Origin: Nitrospinota bacterium
GTDB lineage: Bacteria; UBA8248
DNA length: 64,000 nucleotides
Assembly: GCA_036231405.1 (NCBI GenBank)
Contig: JAZAHK010000006.1
Location: 126,812-190,811 of the forward strand
Direction of reading: 5' to 3'
A model generated the notes under the pieces. The model saw only the letters and a program-made list of their open reading frames with translations, did no database searches and was not told where the DNA came from. Shown here one piece after another: positions 9,405-19,731 of this stretch. The position numbers were made by a program, and so were the translations under genes. Numbering within the stretch: the first letter of the stretch is position 1; every line of letters starts with the position of its first letter.

Positions 9405-11291
9405 TTAGACTTTATCTTTATCAGGGTTCCACACAGCTTCGACTATTTCCTCTAGTTCTAGAGACCTTAAAGTATCTGGAGTCGGACGACCCGTTTTCCT
9501 ATCATACCCTACAGTTTCATACCAAAGATCTAACATTTCATCCCAATTATCCATTATGGAAACACCAGCAATCGGACCGTCAATTGGAGTGGATCCATAA
9601 CGCTTTGAGGGTTTCTCCAATTCTGGTCCAATTCCACAACGAAGATTAAACGCTCTCATTAGCGTGGCTATTCTTCTTCCTGCAAGCATTGCCTCGTCAA
9701 TACGAATATCCCAACCGGTAGCAGATTCAAGTGAACGACATAGCATTTCCAAAGGAACACGAGTAGTAAATACACAGGCACCAAGTGAATCCTCAAAATG
9801 GCGCCTTCCACGTAGCGCTCCTACCTGCTTTGAAACAGCTTTTGGATCCTGAGGACGTATACTTGCAGGCAGACCATGCTCAGTTGGAAAAACGGGAGGC
9901 GCTGTATCCATAGTTCCTCCACTTCCTGTACAAGTATCAAGGAGTTCTTCCCATCTAGAGCGATGATCATGACCTCTTGGAGAATTTCCAGCCATTGTAT
10001 AAATGGCACAATCTGCAGCTTCACCTCCAACTTTTTCAGATGCTCTTTTAACTCCTTCGGCTAAAAGTTCTCCATAACCCTCTTTATTAGAAATCATTTT
10101 CAGCAAACGATCCGCTCCAGAAACATCACCCCACTCCAAACGGAATCCTAAATCTTCTTCAGTTATAAATCCCTTTTCCTGGCATTCCATTACCCATCCA
10201 CAAAGCCAGCCAAATTCATTGACGTCAACACACGCACGATCCAGTTGGGTGTTCAACCAAGTTACTTCTTGAGGATCCGTCGCCCCAATGGCCCAACCCG
10301 CTCCAGACCAACCTTCGTACTCTGGTTCATCGACAACTTGTCCCTTATAACGCCCAGACGAAATTACTTGCATATGACAGTGTTTCATTCCACACGAATT
10401 ACATTGATGGCCACGATGGTCAAATCCTTCTCTTAATCCTTTCGCTTCCCATATATCCGTATCTACTGCATCTGGCCAGACATTTGTTGTGTAATTTTTT
10501 ATGGGCAGTGCACCCATACCAACCATATTACGCACACCACCTAAAGTCCCATACTCATACAAAGATTTAGTAGAAGGATCATTTTGCAAACTATGAGCCA
10601 TTTCATCAGAACAAGAAAAAAGTGCCTGTGGAAAAGCCACTTTAATCCCTTTTTTTCCTCTTTCTATTGCTACCGCTTTTATTTTTTTCTTTCCCATCAC
10701 CGCGCCACATCCATTCTTACTAGCTACATGTCCATAATCACCTTGAATTGCAGCGAAACGAACTAAGTTCTCCCCGGCAGGACCTATGCTGTAAACACTT
10801 AAATTGTGTCCATTGAGATTCAATTCTTTTTCAAGTGATTCTTGTGTCTCCCAAGTGTCCTTCCCAAGGAGATCTTGTGCACTCTTAATTTCAACACCAT
10901 CTTCGTGTATATGTAAATAAACCCAGTCTTTTGATTGCCCTTGGAAAATTATTGCATCGAAACCACAATATTTTAGATTTGCCCCAAAGAAACCATTTGC
11001 CTGTGTGTTTGTAGCTCCATTTGTCAATGCTCCTCGCGTAACAACAGTTAAACCACCAGTCCCCCATACGGGCAAACCTGCCAGAGGTCCTGTCGCAAAC
11101 ACAAGTCGATTATCCGGATGATCCCAGTTAACATCACTTGAAACTTCTTCCCATAAAATTTTTGCCCCAAGGCCTGCGCCTCCTATCCACTTACGACGTT
11201 CAACTTCACTAAACTCCTCTTTAGAAATTAAATGGGATGAAAGATCGACTCTTAAAATATTTCCAGCATAAGAAAAAGGTGAATTCGACAA
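9405..11291 (-). CDS. aor: Tungsten-containing aldehyde:ferredoxin oxidoreductase family protein (AorB-like large subunit)
   Basis: 628-aa ORF whose N-terminal AOR_N-like region begins GNILRVDLSSHLISKEEF. Its length and sequence match the AOR/FOR family. Confidence 0.9.
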   Translation of the reverse strand: MSNSPFSYAGNILRVDLSSHLISKEEFSEVERRKWIGGAGLGAKILWEEVSSDVNWDHPDNRLVFATGPLAGLPVWGTGGLTVVTRGALTNGATNTQANGFFGANLKYCGFDAIIFQGQSKDWVYLHIHEDGVEIKSAQDLLGKDTWETQESLEKELNLNGHNLSVYSIGPAGENLVRFAAIQGDYGHVASKNGCGAVMGKKKIKAVAIERGKKGIKVAFPQALFSCSDEMAHSLQNDPSTKSLYEYGTLGGVRNMVGMGALPIKNYTTNVWPDAVDTDIWEAKGLREGFDHRGHQCNSCGMKHCHMQVISSGRYKGQVVDEPEYEGWSGAGWAIGATDPQEVTWLNTQLDRACVDVNEFGWLCGWVMECQEKGFITEEDLGFRLEWGDVSGADRLLKMISNKEGYGELLAEGVKRASEKVGGEAADCAIYTMAGNSPRGHDHRSRWEELLDTCTGSGGTMDTAPPVFPTEHGLPASIRPQDPKAVSKQVGALRGRRHFEDSLGACVFTTRVPLEMLCRSLESATGWDIRIDEAMLAGRRIATLMRAFNLRCGIGPELEKPSKRYGSTPIDGPIAGVSIMDNWDEMLDLWYETVGYDRKTGRPTPDTLRSLELEEIVEAVWNPDKDKV

Positions 11292-11305
11292 AACTAATTC
11301 CTCAT

Positions 11306-12628
11306 TTATGATGAAATTGTAATACTTTCTTCAGGAACCGATGGAATTCCGACAAGTGTCTCTGAAAGAAGTTTCCCCACAGAACCAGATGCGAGAAAAG
11401 CGCGTTTAATATCGAAAGGATTTCTCTTGATATGATCTTTCCAATCAGTGAGATCACTTTGTGTATAAATCAACCCTCTTAGCATTCCTATATCGTTCGT
11501 GTGCCATACATCATCGCCCAATCCAATAGCAATAGAACCAACCATACGCCCATGATCAAAAATCATTTTTCTATAAGAAGGGCGGCTTAAGTTTGCCTTT
11601 AGTATTGTGTCTGAACCCTCTTCATCCCAGGCCCCGAAACTAGCGATCTCTAAACCAAAAACATCTAAGATGTTCATCAACAAACTTCCTTTATAACTCA
11701 CTTCCTTTCCAGACATGTTTGATGCAGCAATCCTTCCGTGCTGAACTGCTGTAGGTTCAATCGCATGAACTGCACTTTTCCCCGTCACAATATCTATCCC
11801 CTTTGCGACGTCACCAGCAGCATAAATATTACTAATATTTGTACGGCAATACTTGTCTACAAGAATCCCTTCATCTAAATTCAAATCAGAATCTGTCAGC
11901 CAATCGATGTTAGGCTTTATTCCCGTAGCCATGATAACTAAATCTGTTTTTTGTTCTGTTCCATCATTAAATTTTATCAATTTCTCATTTTCGTAGTCAT
12001 CGATTGAAAGAACCTTACAATCTACTCTTACATCTACACCTTTTGAAACAAGCCATTGACTTACAATCTTTGCCCCTTGCTCATCCAACATTCTCGGCAG
12101 TATGTGCTTCTCCACCTCGACAACGGTTAAATCCACACCCCTGCTAATCAAAGCGTTAAGAATAGTAAATGAAATAAAACCTGCGCCAATCATGGTTACA
12201 CGGGTGTTTTTTTTGATCTTACTGGTTACCTCCCGTGCTTGGGGCAATGTCCAAAAACTAGATACGTTTTTTCCCTCGGATCCGGGGATAGGCGGTCTAA
12301 CAGGAGAGGAACCAGTCGCTATCAAAAGGTTATCATAGTCAACTTCTTCTCCATCCTCTAATACGATCTTGCTATTTTTAGAATCTAATTCTTTCACATC
12401 CTTTCCAAGTTTTAACTCAATATTTAGATTTTCTAATCTTGTCTTTGAAGCTGTAAAAACTTGGGATTCACCTATTTCCTTAGAAAGATAGTATGGCAAA
12501 ACCATTCTTGAATAAGGAGATTCATTAGAGATAAGTACTATATTAGAATCACCGCGATCGATTTCTCTCAAAGTTGTAATCGCATTCCAACCCGCTGTGC
12601 CCCCACCAACTATGACTTGTCGAACCAA
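11306..12628 (-). CDS. FAD-dependent pyridine nucleotide-disulfide oxidoreductase (AorC-like)
   Basis: N-terminus VIVGGGTAGWNA gives a GxGxxG FAD fold; the 440-aa ORF is NADH-oxidase/CoA-disulfide-reductase-like. Confidence 0.75.
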   Translation of the reverse strand: MVRQVIVGGGTAGWNAITTLREIDRGDSNIVLISNESPYSRMVLPYYLSKEIGESQVFTASKTRLENLNIELKLGKDVKELDSKNSKIVLEDGEEVDYDNLLIATGSSPVRPPIPGSEGKNVSSFWTLPQAREVTSKIKKNTRVTMIGAGFISFTILNALISRGVDLTVVEVEKHILPRMLDEQGAKIVSQWLVSKGVDVRVDCKVLSIDDYENEKLIKFNDGTEQKTDLVIMATGIKPNIDWLTDSDLNLDEGILVDKYCRTNISNIYAAGDVAKGIDIVTGKSAVHAIEPTAVQHGRIAASNMSGKEVSYKGSLLMNILDVFGLEIASFGAWDEEGSDTILKANLSRPSYRKMIFDHGRMVGSIAIGLGDDVWHTNDIGMLRGLIYTQSDLTDWKDHIKRNPFDIKRAFLASGSVGKLLSETLVGIPSVPEESITISS

Positions 12629-12630
12629 AA

Positions 12631-13116
12631 CTAGCTCACCTCCAAAACAAGAGGACCACTTGGGCCTTTTGAACGATCATTAGCAAAACTTCCAATCCAA
12701 TCGGAATTCGCGTCAACCTCTACATACTCAATAGCTCCAGTAGGGCAAACCTTTTGACAAGCAGGATTTCCACCACATAAATCACATTTAAATGCCTTAT
12801 GAGTTTCTGGATCAAAGAAAATCGTGCCATAAGGGCAGGCAATGGTACAGAGCTTACAGCCTACACAAAGATCATCTTTGATTTCTTTTGCCTCGGATGA
12901 AGATATAGAAATTGCTTCTATTGGACAAGCAGTCATACACCATGCTTCATCACACTGAGGACAAGTATAAGGAGCGTAACTTGTATGATTCTCGAACGCA
13001 GAAACTCTAATAACTGATTTAGAAGGTCTAAATGTTCCTGTTTGCTCATAAGAACACGCTAATTCACATCGCATACAACCAGTACATTTTTGGGGAATTA
13101 TTTTTAAGACCTTCAT
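12631..13116 (-). CDS. 4Fe-4S ferredoxin-type electron-transfer subunit with four cluster motifs (AorA-like)
   Basis: Four Cx2Cx2-3Cx3CP motifs are present. The ATG at 13116 (MKVLKII) is preceded by GGAGA; the ORF track start at 13149 adds 11 residues. Confidence 0.75.
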   Translation of the reverse strand: MKVLKIIPQKCTGCMRCELACSYEQTGTFRPSKSVIRVSAFENHTSYAPYTCPQCDEAWCMTACPIEAISISSSEAKEIKDDLCVGCKLCTIACPYGTIFFDPETHKAFKCDLCGGNPACQKVCPTGAIEYVEVDANSDWIGSFANDRSKGPSGPLVLEVS

Positions 13117-13237
13117 AGAATCTCCGGATTGGAATGAAACAAAAAACACAAACGATTATAGGAAATAGACAAAAATATTTCAAACAATTCACCTTAAAAG
13201 ATGGTGTTTAAGGTTTTTTTCTACATGAAAAAAAATT

Positions 13238-14128
13238 TTAGCTCCCTGAACTGACCATGAGGGCTCCTGCAATTGCAATTACAGCACCTAGAATTACTTG
13301 AAAAGATAGGCGTTCAATTTTTTTAAAGAACAACCAAGAAACAAAAATCACAAAAACCAAAGAAAGTCTTCTTATGGGAAATACTTCAACAATATTTCCA
13401 TTCTTAATACTTGTCCAAAATGTTAACCCTGTCATTATATTAAATAAACCCGCTAGAGACATAGTGATTACGGCTTTTTTGTGCCAAGAAAAACTTATGA
13501 AATTTTCTTCCTTTTTCCCTAAGAATATTGAAACAAAACATTGACAAATGATCGCAGCACATGATGCGATTGCAATTCCCAAAGATGCACAAGGAATATA
13601 TGAAAAAGCTAGTTTTCTAAAGGTTGGAGAAAAAGAGAAAAACATCGCACTTATAACCGGCAGGAAATAATAAAATGATTTTGCAATTTTATTTTTCCCT
13701 CTAGCTTCATGGACCAAAATCATCCCGCCGAAAACAACTAGTATTGTCCCTATGGCAATCGAAGTATTAAGTTTTTCTCCAATGAATAAAATTGCAACTA
13801 TAGAAGACCAAATAGGAGCTGTTTGATAAAGAGTCTGGGTCCTTGCAAGACCAATTTTTGAATACGAAATATTATTAAAATGCCGCGCTATAAACTGTGC
13901 AAAAAGACCAGATAACGAAAAGAAAAGTACTCCTTTAAAAGACAGTTCATAATATCTCCCTTCTAAAAGGTAAACGGCGAATGCAAGACAACCGACAACA
14001 AAATTGGCCGCAACAGTTACCTCTTCTGGCCTTAAAAAACGAACCGCCTGTCTGTAGAAACTCTGTGCTATAGACAACAACATCGCAGAAATGAGAGCCA
14101 ATAGATTTGGATGGATCAAATCTAACAA
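13238..14128 (-). CDS. DMT/EamA family transporter
   Basis: 296-aa polytopic membrane protein with duplicated five-TM halves typical of EamA. Confidence 0.55.
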   Translation of the reverse strand: MLDLIHPNLLALISAMLLSIAQSFYRQAVRFLRPEEVTVAANFVVGCLAFAVYLLEGRYYELSFKGVLFFSLSGLFAQFIARHFNNISYSKIGLARTQTLYQTAPIWSSIVAILFIGEKLNTSIAIGTILVVFGGMILVHEARGKNKIAKSFYYFLPVISAMFFSFSPTFRKLAFSYIPCASLGIAIASCAAIICQCFVSIFLGKKEENFISFSWHKKAVITMSLAGLFNIMTGLTFWTSIKNGNIVEVFPIRRLSLVFVIFVSWLFFKKIERLSFQVILGAVIAIAGALMVSSGS

Positions 14129-14143
14129 AGGAAACCTTTCTAA

Positions 14144-14983
14144 TCAAAAAGAAAGAATTAAAACCGCGAGAATTGCAGATAAAATTCCTAAACCCTTTTT
14201 CAAAGATAAGTGCTCTTTAAAAAAAAGAATGGATAAAAAACCGGTAAACACAAAGCTTAGTTGGGCTATTGGTGTCACTACGATGGCTTCACCATACACC
14301 AACGCAACTGAAAGTGAAAGATAACTAGCATAAGTCAAAATTCCACATAGAAATGGGAGGGTAAGCGATAACTTTTTTTTAGGAAATTTTTCACGGCACA
14401 TAAAAACATATGGAATAGTTAGTGAAAAAACTCCAAAAGTTTGTGCAGCTATCATTCCAGAAGGAAGTGCTCCAAAGCGTAAACTTAATTTAATAAAGAA
14501 TCCTATTAGACCAAACAGACACATCGATAAAAAGGCATAATAAAAAGAAGTCTTTTCGCTAGACAGAAAAGACTTATCGATTCCAACACTCAAAATTGAA
14601 ATAACACACAAAAAAATTGCAAGAGTCTTGTAAAGACTTAAACTTTCACCTAAAAAAACTATTGCTAAGAGAGAGGTGACAATAAAATTCAGCCTTATAA
14701 TCGTAACTATTGAAATTGCTCCGCTGTTTTTTAGAGCAAATAGGACAAACAAAAATGCGGTAAAGGCCAAAAATCCATTTAAAAAACCTAAAAGTAAAAA
14801 ATTATTCCAAATCAATTCTTCTCTAAAGTAAGCCACTCCAAACGCTGCAGGTAAAAAGGAAAAGTTTTGAAATAACATAAAAGTGGACGGCTTTACCTCC
14901 CACTTGTTTGATAGTTTGTATAAAAAATCGCTACATCCAAGAGAAAACAATGAAAAAAGGGCAAAAAAGATCTCTGGGTTCAA
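14144..14983 (-). CDS. DMT/EamA-like membrane protein
   Basis: 279-aa polytopic membrane protein, 15 nt upstream of the other EamA gene on the same strand. Confidence 0.45.
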   Translation of the reverse strand: MNPEIFFALFSLFSLGCSDFLYKLSNKWEVKPSTFMLFQNFSFLPAAFGVAYFREELIWNNFLLLGFLNGFLAFTAFLFVLFALKNSGAISIVTIIRLNFIVTSLLAIVFLGESLSLYKTLAIFLCVISILSVGIDKSFLSSEKTSFYYAFLSMCLFGLIGFFIKLSLRFGALPSGMIAAQTFGVFSLTIPYVFMCREKFPKKKLSLTLPFLCGILTYASYLSLSVALVYGEAIVVTPIAQLSFVFTGFLSILFFKEHLSLKKGLGILSAILAVLILSF

Positions 14984-15136
14984 GTTATTACTCCTATAAT
15001 AAATAAAAAAATAGGAACAAATTCACTAGAAAATAATTCATGATTGATATAAAACAATCTAGGTTTTAAGAAAACTTAATATGCTATATTTATCATTAAT
15101 ACTAAGTTAAACAACTCATAAATCCTAGGGGTATAA

Positions 15137-16135
15137 ATGCAAAAAGCATTGATAACAGGAATCACAGGTCAAGATGGTGCATACCTAGCTAAGTCTCTTT
15201 TAGAAAAGGGAGTTAAAGTAATAGGGGGACAGAGAAGAAGTACAACCATTAGATACTGGCGTTTAGACGAAATGGGAATTACAAAAGATATTGAATTTGT
15301 TGAGTTGGATCTTTTAGACCATGCGAATATTAGAAGAGCCGTAGAAAAAGTAGAACCTGATTACTTTTACAATCTTGCTGCGCAATCTTTTGTAGGTTTG
15401 TCATTTGAACAACCGGAATTAACAACACTTATAGACGCAGTGGGGGTTTTGAGGTGTCTCGAGGCGATCAAACAAGTAAATCATAAGATTAAATTTTATC
15501 AAGCTTCTTCATCAGAACAATTTGGAGAAGTGCAAGAGGTTCCGCAAAATGAAAATACAAAATTCTGGCCAAGATCCCCCTACGCGTGTGCAAAAGTGTT
15601 TGGTCACAATATAACAGTTAATTATAGAGAGTCCTACAATATGTTTGCTTGTTGCGGGATTCTATTCAATCACGAATCTCCTCACAGAGGCGAAGAGTTC
15701 GTTACAAGAAAAATCTCAAAGGGAATAGCATCATGGCTAATAAATCATGAGCCAATTGTACTGGGAAACTTAGAGGCAAAAAGAGACTGGGGACACGCAG
15801 AAGATTTTGTAGAAGGGATGCAATTGATGATGAATTATGAAAAACCAGATAACTTTGTCTTAGCAACAGGAGAAGTTCATTCAATTAGAGATTTTGTAGA
15901 TTTAGCCTTAGACTCGCAAGGCATTAAACATTATTGGGAAATAGATAATTGTTTTTCTGAAGATAAAAAACTGATAGTCACAACAGACAAAAGATTTTTT
16001 CGACCCGCCGAAGTTAATTTACTCCAAGGAGATTCAAGAAAGGCTAGGGAAACATTAGGTTGGCAACCAAAACACACACTTAAAACTTTAGTGCAAGAGA
16101 TGGTAGATAAAGATATAAGTAGATTGTCAGGGTAA
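15137..16135 (+). CDS. gmd: GDP-mannose 4,6-dehydratase
   Basis: Starts MQKALITGITGQDGAYLAKSLLEKG and carries YACAKV (YxxxK); this is the short Gmd type. Confidence 0.9.
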   Translation: MQKALITGITGQDGAYLAKSLLEKGVKVIGGQRRSTTIRYWRLDEMGITKDIEFVELDLLDHANIRRAVEKVEPDYFYNLAAQSFVGLSFEQPELTTLIDAVGVLRCLEAIKQVNHKIKFYQASSSEQFGEVQEVPQNENTKFWPRSPYACAKVFGHNITVNYRESYNMFACCGILFNHESPHRGEEFVTRKISKGIASWLINHEPIVLGNLEAKRDWGHAEDFVEGMQLMMNYEKPDNFVLATGEVHSIRDFVDLALDSQGIKHYWEIDNCFSEDKKLIVTTDKRFFRPAEVNLLQGDSRKARETLGWQPKHTLKTLVQEMVDKDISRLSG

Positions 16136-16252
16136 TAACTTCAAATAAGTTTATCCTTTAGGAAGTTCTCTTTTATACTTTAATTAACACATGTTCTCCT
16201 AAATTAGTTAGAATGTTTGGCGAACTTATCTCTAGGGTAAAAGGTTAGTTTA

Positions 16253-17233
16253 ATGCAAAATAAAAAAGAAAAAATAAATCCAGAAAATTTCCGTTTCTCT
16301 AAAATCATTGTCACAGGCGGTTCAGGATTTATTGGAAGTCACTTAGTTGAAAAACTAGTCGAACTAGACGCTAATGTTACAGTTATCGATGATCTTCGAA
16401 ATTGTTCCAAAGAAAATCTTTTTAAAGTAATTAAAAGAATTAAATTTATTGATTCTCCTGTAGAAGATGTTTTTTCAGAGATCTTAAAAAGTTGTGATGA
16501 TTTCAAATATGTTTTTCATCTTGCAAATGAAAGTTACGTACCTCCTTCTATTGATGATCCGTTCAGTGATTTAAAAAACAATGTACTATCAACTCTTAAA
16601 ATTTTAGAAACAATAAGGCAATCTTCCGCATCTGTTTGTCTTTTATATGTTTCCTCTGCTGCAGTATATGGTGAACCAGGTCCTCTTCCAATAGATGAAT
16701 TACGTTTGCCAAAACCTATTTCTCCTTACGGACTAAGTAAACTAGCTGCAGAACAGTATGTTTCTTTATATTCAAGATTGCATGGTTTAAAGACTTCTTC
16801 ATTACGACTCTTTTCTGTGTACGGCCCCAGGCAAAGAAAACAAGTAGTTTATGACTTTTTCCGTAAACTGATAAAAGATCCTAATGAAATTGAAATTTTA
16901 GGAGATGGTAGTCAGGCAAGAGATTTCGTTTTTGTAGAAGATGTTGTAAAAGCATTACTATCAGTGAGTTGCAAGAGTAGTTTTAACGGGGAAGTCTATA
17001 ATGTAGGGACCTCTGAAATGATTACCACACAAGAACTCGCAACTAAAATTTCTTCAATAATGGATCTATCTCCTCGACTCAAATTCACTGGAAAAACAAG
17101 AAAAGGAGACCCCGAAAAATGGCAAGCAGATATATTAAAAATAAACAAAATCGGTTTTTACCCAGAAATAACTATTGATAAAGGACTAGAAAAAGTTTGG
17201 GATTGGTTAAAATCGAATGTCGAAAAAGATTGA
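16253..17233 (+). CDS. NAD-dependent epimerase/dehydratase family protein (possibly GDP-4-keto-6-deoxymannose reductase-like)
   Basis: Contains TGGSGFIGSH, SPYGLSK (YxxxK) and GDGSQARDFVFVEDV. Its position directly after gmd supports a role in GDP-sugar chemistry. Confidence 0.7.
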   Translation: MQNKKEKINPENFRFSKIIVTGGSGFIGSHLVEKLVELDANVTVIDDLRNCSKENLFKVIKRIKFIDSPVEDVFSEILKSCDDFKYVFHLANESYVPPSIDDPFSDLKNNVLSTLKILETIRQSSASVCLLYVSSAAVYGEPGPLPIDELRLPKPISPYGLSKLAAEQYVSLYSRLHGLKTSSLRLFSVYGPRQRKQVVYDFFRKLIKDPNEIEILGDGSQARDFVFVEDVVKALLSVSCKSSFNGEVYNVGTSEMITTQELATKISSIMDLSPRLKFTGKTRKGDPEKWQADILKINKIGFYPEITIDKGLEKVWDWLKSNVEKD

Positions 17234-17260
17234 TTCTTTTCTACTTGAGGTAAATTGAAC

Positions 17261-18352
17261 ATGTTTCTCGGAATTTTTGGTGAACTACTTGGTTCAGGTG
17301 GTATTCAGAGAGTGAATGTTCATGCCTGCGCTACACTATCCGCAATAGCAAAAGAAAAAAATGTATCTTATAAATTTCTAAGTCTTAATGATCCGAATGG
17401 AATGCATGAAATAAATGCGGAGAATCATACTTTTAAAATTCAAGGCTTTGGCAGAAATAAAACCGCCTTTGTATTAAATTGCTTTAAGAATGTATCAAAA
17501 ATAAATTTTACATACATTTCTCATCCTAATATGTCTCCAATAGGCCTTTTATTAAAACTATTAAATTCAAAAATTAAATACTTTGTCGCTATCTATGGAA
17601 TTGATGCTTGGGAAAGACTCTCCATTATAAAGAGGTTAGGAATGAAACAGGCAAATGGGATTACATCTGTTTGTAAGTATACTGCAAATAAAGCTATCGC
17701 CGCTCAGAAAATACCAAATGCAAATTTTTTTATAATTCCTTCTTCTTTACCTGATAAAGTTATCAATTCCAAACAAGATGAAAACTTATTAGTACATCAA
17801 GATTCTTCTCGGAAAATTTTACTTACCGTCGGCAGAATGTCGACTTTGGAACAATATAAAGGGATGGATCTAGTAATTAAATCACTACCACTTATTTTAG
17901 AAACGATTCCAAATACTTATTATTACATCATCGGAGAGGGCGATGATATGCCAAGATTAAAAAAACTTGCCGCTGAAATGGGAGTGGAAAAACATGTAGT
18001 ATTCACGGGCAGAGTTGGAGATGAACTCAATAGTTTTTATAGTTTATGCGATGTATTTGTGATGCCAAGTCGGGACGAAGGACTAAGCTTGGTTTATGTG
18101 GAGGCTATGGCATCAGGAAATCCAGTAGTAGCCTGTAATAGTGGAGGAACACCTGAAATAGTTTTAGAAGGTGAGACTGGCTTTCTCGTTCCATACGGAG
18201 ATATAAAAATGTTATCCGAACGTTTAAAAATTCTTCTTACTGACGAAAACTTGTGTGAAAAGATGGGCAATTCGGGACAAAAGAGAATTTATGAAAATTT
18301 TACCTTTAGCCATTTTAAAGAAAAATTAGCAAAGGCTGTGAATAGTATATAA
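17261..18352 (+). CDS. Glycosyltransferase family 4 (Glycos_transf_1)
   Basis: Contains the EGLSLVYVEAMASGNPVV EX7E region. The ATG at 17261 is preceded by GAGGT; the ORF track uses a TTG at 17255. Confidence 0.8.
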   Translation: MFLGIFGELLGSGGIQRVNVHACATLSAIAKEKNVSYKFLSLNDPNGMHEINAENHTFKIQGFGRNKTAFVLNCFKNVSKINFTYISHPNMSPIGLLLKLLNSKIKYFVAIYGIDAWERLSIIKRLGMKQANGITSVCKYTANKAIAAQKIPNANFFIIPSSLPDKVINSKQDENLLVHQDSSRKILLTVGRMSTLEQYKGMDLVIKSLPLILETIPNTYYYIIGEGDDMPRLKKLAAEMGVEKHVVFTGRVGDELNSFYSLCDVFVMPSRDEGLSLVYVEAMASGNPVVACNSGGTPEIVLEGETGFLVPYGDIKMLSERLKILLTDENLCEKMGNSGQKRIYENFTFSHFKEKLAKAVNSI

Positions 18353-18470
18353 CGATTGATTTTACTTAGAAGTTTTAAATGATACTTGGTCTTTTCAGTC
18401 AGCTAACTAGTTATGGTGGAGTTTAAAAGATTGAGAGGCATGCTGCTGAATCTTAATTTAGGAGAAAATT

Positions 18471-18911
18471 TTGGGAAGAGAGTTTCCTACACATCCTATT
18501 GTCGGTGTCGGAGCAATTATTACTAAAGAAGATGAGGTTTTGTTGATTAAAAGAGGAAATCCACCTTCAATAGGCAACTGGAGCATACCTGGCGGAGGTG
18601 TAGAACTAGGAGAGTCTCTAGAAGATGCCTGTCATAGGGAAGTTGAAGAAGAAACAGGATTGAAAATTAAAATAATTGAACAATGTGCTGTTTTAGAACG
18701 AATCATTAAAGATTCGGTAAATAGAGTACAATTTCACTATGTGCTAATAGATTATTTATGTATTCCAGTCGGCGGGAATCTTGAGGCAGGAACAGACGCA
18801 ACTGAATTACAATGGCATAGCATACATTCTCTTGAATCTATAAAAAACATGACTGAAAAAACAGGTAAAATAATTTATGATTCAATAATGAAATTCCGAG
18901 GCCAAATATGA
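18471..18911 (+). CDS. NUDIX hydrolase
   Basis: Nudix box GGGVELGESLEDACHREVEEETGL. The TTG start at 18471 is preceded by AGGAG. Confidence 0.75.
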   Translation: MGREFPTHPIVGVGAIITKEDEVLLIKRGNPPSIGNWSIPGGGVELGESLEDACHREVEEETGLKIKIIEQCAVLERIIKDSVNRVQFHYVLIDYLCIPVGGNLEAGTDATELQWHSIHSLESIKNMTEKTGKIIYDSIMKFRGQI

Positions 18912-19723
18912 AAGGAAAAAAGGGAAACTTTACCGAGAATTTTCTGCGACTTGACTTAAAACCAGAACAAAAAAGATTTCTTGACAAAAACCTTAAAAAA
19001 ATAGATGGAGAATTTTTAAGGCTTCTAGAAGAAATTTTTTCTTCAGCACAACAAAAAATCTTAAATTTTAATTCATTCCTCAACTTTGTGTTAGAAGAAG
19101 TTAATAATTCATCAAACTTACTATCTGAAACTAGTAATACTATCAAAAAAGAAATTGATCCCTGGCAAAAGCGTGCAAAACTACAAGCTTTGTCTGATGA
19201 AATCACAAATTTAAAAACAATAACTCATGACTTGATAGATATTGCGCAATTACAATTTCAGACAATTAAATTACATCCTAAAAAAACAAATATTACGAAC
19301 TTGATAACCGAACATATAAGCAAAAATATTAAAAATTCAATTGGACCAAGAATTCTTCCAAACTTCCCTTTGAAATCAACTTTTTTTGTCGTTGATGAAA
19401 ACCGCTTCAAAACCTTAATCGAAGATATCCTTAACCTTTCAGAATCTTTGCTTAAAAACAAAGGAACAATACTAATAGAAATTTCTGATTCTGAAAGTGA
19501 ATTGACTATCTCTACTATTACACATCCTGTGAATATCCAAACTGAAGGAAATTTATCTGGCTTAGAGTTCTTGTACGACACATCTGAAGATTTAAAAACA
19601 AATTTCTCGAAAATATTTGCTTACAGGATTGAAACGATCACAAATCTTTTAGGAGCAGATATACATTTATATGTAAATTCTCCTGAAAGTTTGCAGATAA
19701 ATTTAATTTTTTCAAAGGAATAA
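18908..19723 (+). CDS. Hypothetical protein with degenerate histidine-kinase-like core (H-box-like helix plus HATPase-like region lacking N- and G-box residues)
   Basis: Shares a 4-nt overlap (ATGA) with the NUDIX stop. The ITHDLIDIAQLQ helix resembles a DHp H-box. The region VDENRFKTLIEDILNLSESLL...ISTITHPVN aligns to an HK CA domain but lacks the NA and DxGxG motifs. Confidence 0.4.
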   Translation: MKGKKGNFTENFLRLDLKPEQKRFLDKNLKKIDGEFLRLLEEIFSSAQQKILNFNSFLNFVLEEVNNSSNLLSETSNTIKKEIDPWQKRAKLQALSDEITNLKTITHDLIDIAQLQFQTIKLHPKKTNITNLITEHISKNIKNSIGPRILPNFPLKSTFFVVDENRFKTLIEDILNLSESLLKNKGTILIEISDSESELTISTITHPVNIQTEGNLSGLEFLYDTSEDLKTNFSKIFAYRIETITNLLGADIHLYVNSPESLQINLIFSKE

Positions 19724-19731
19724 TTAATTAA

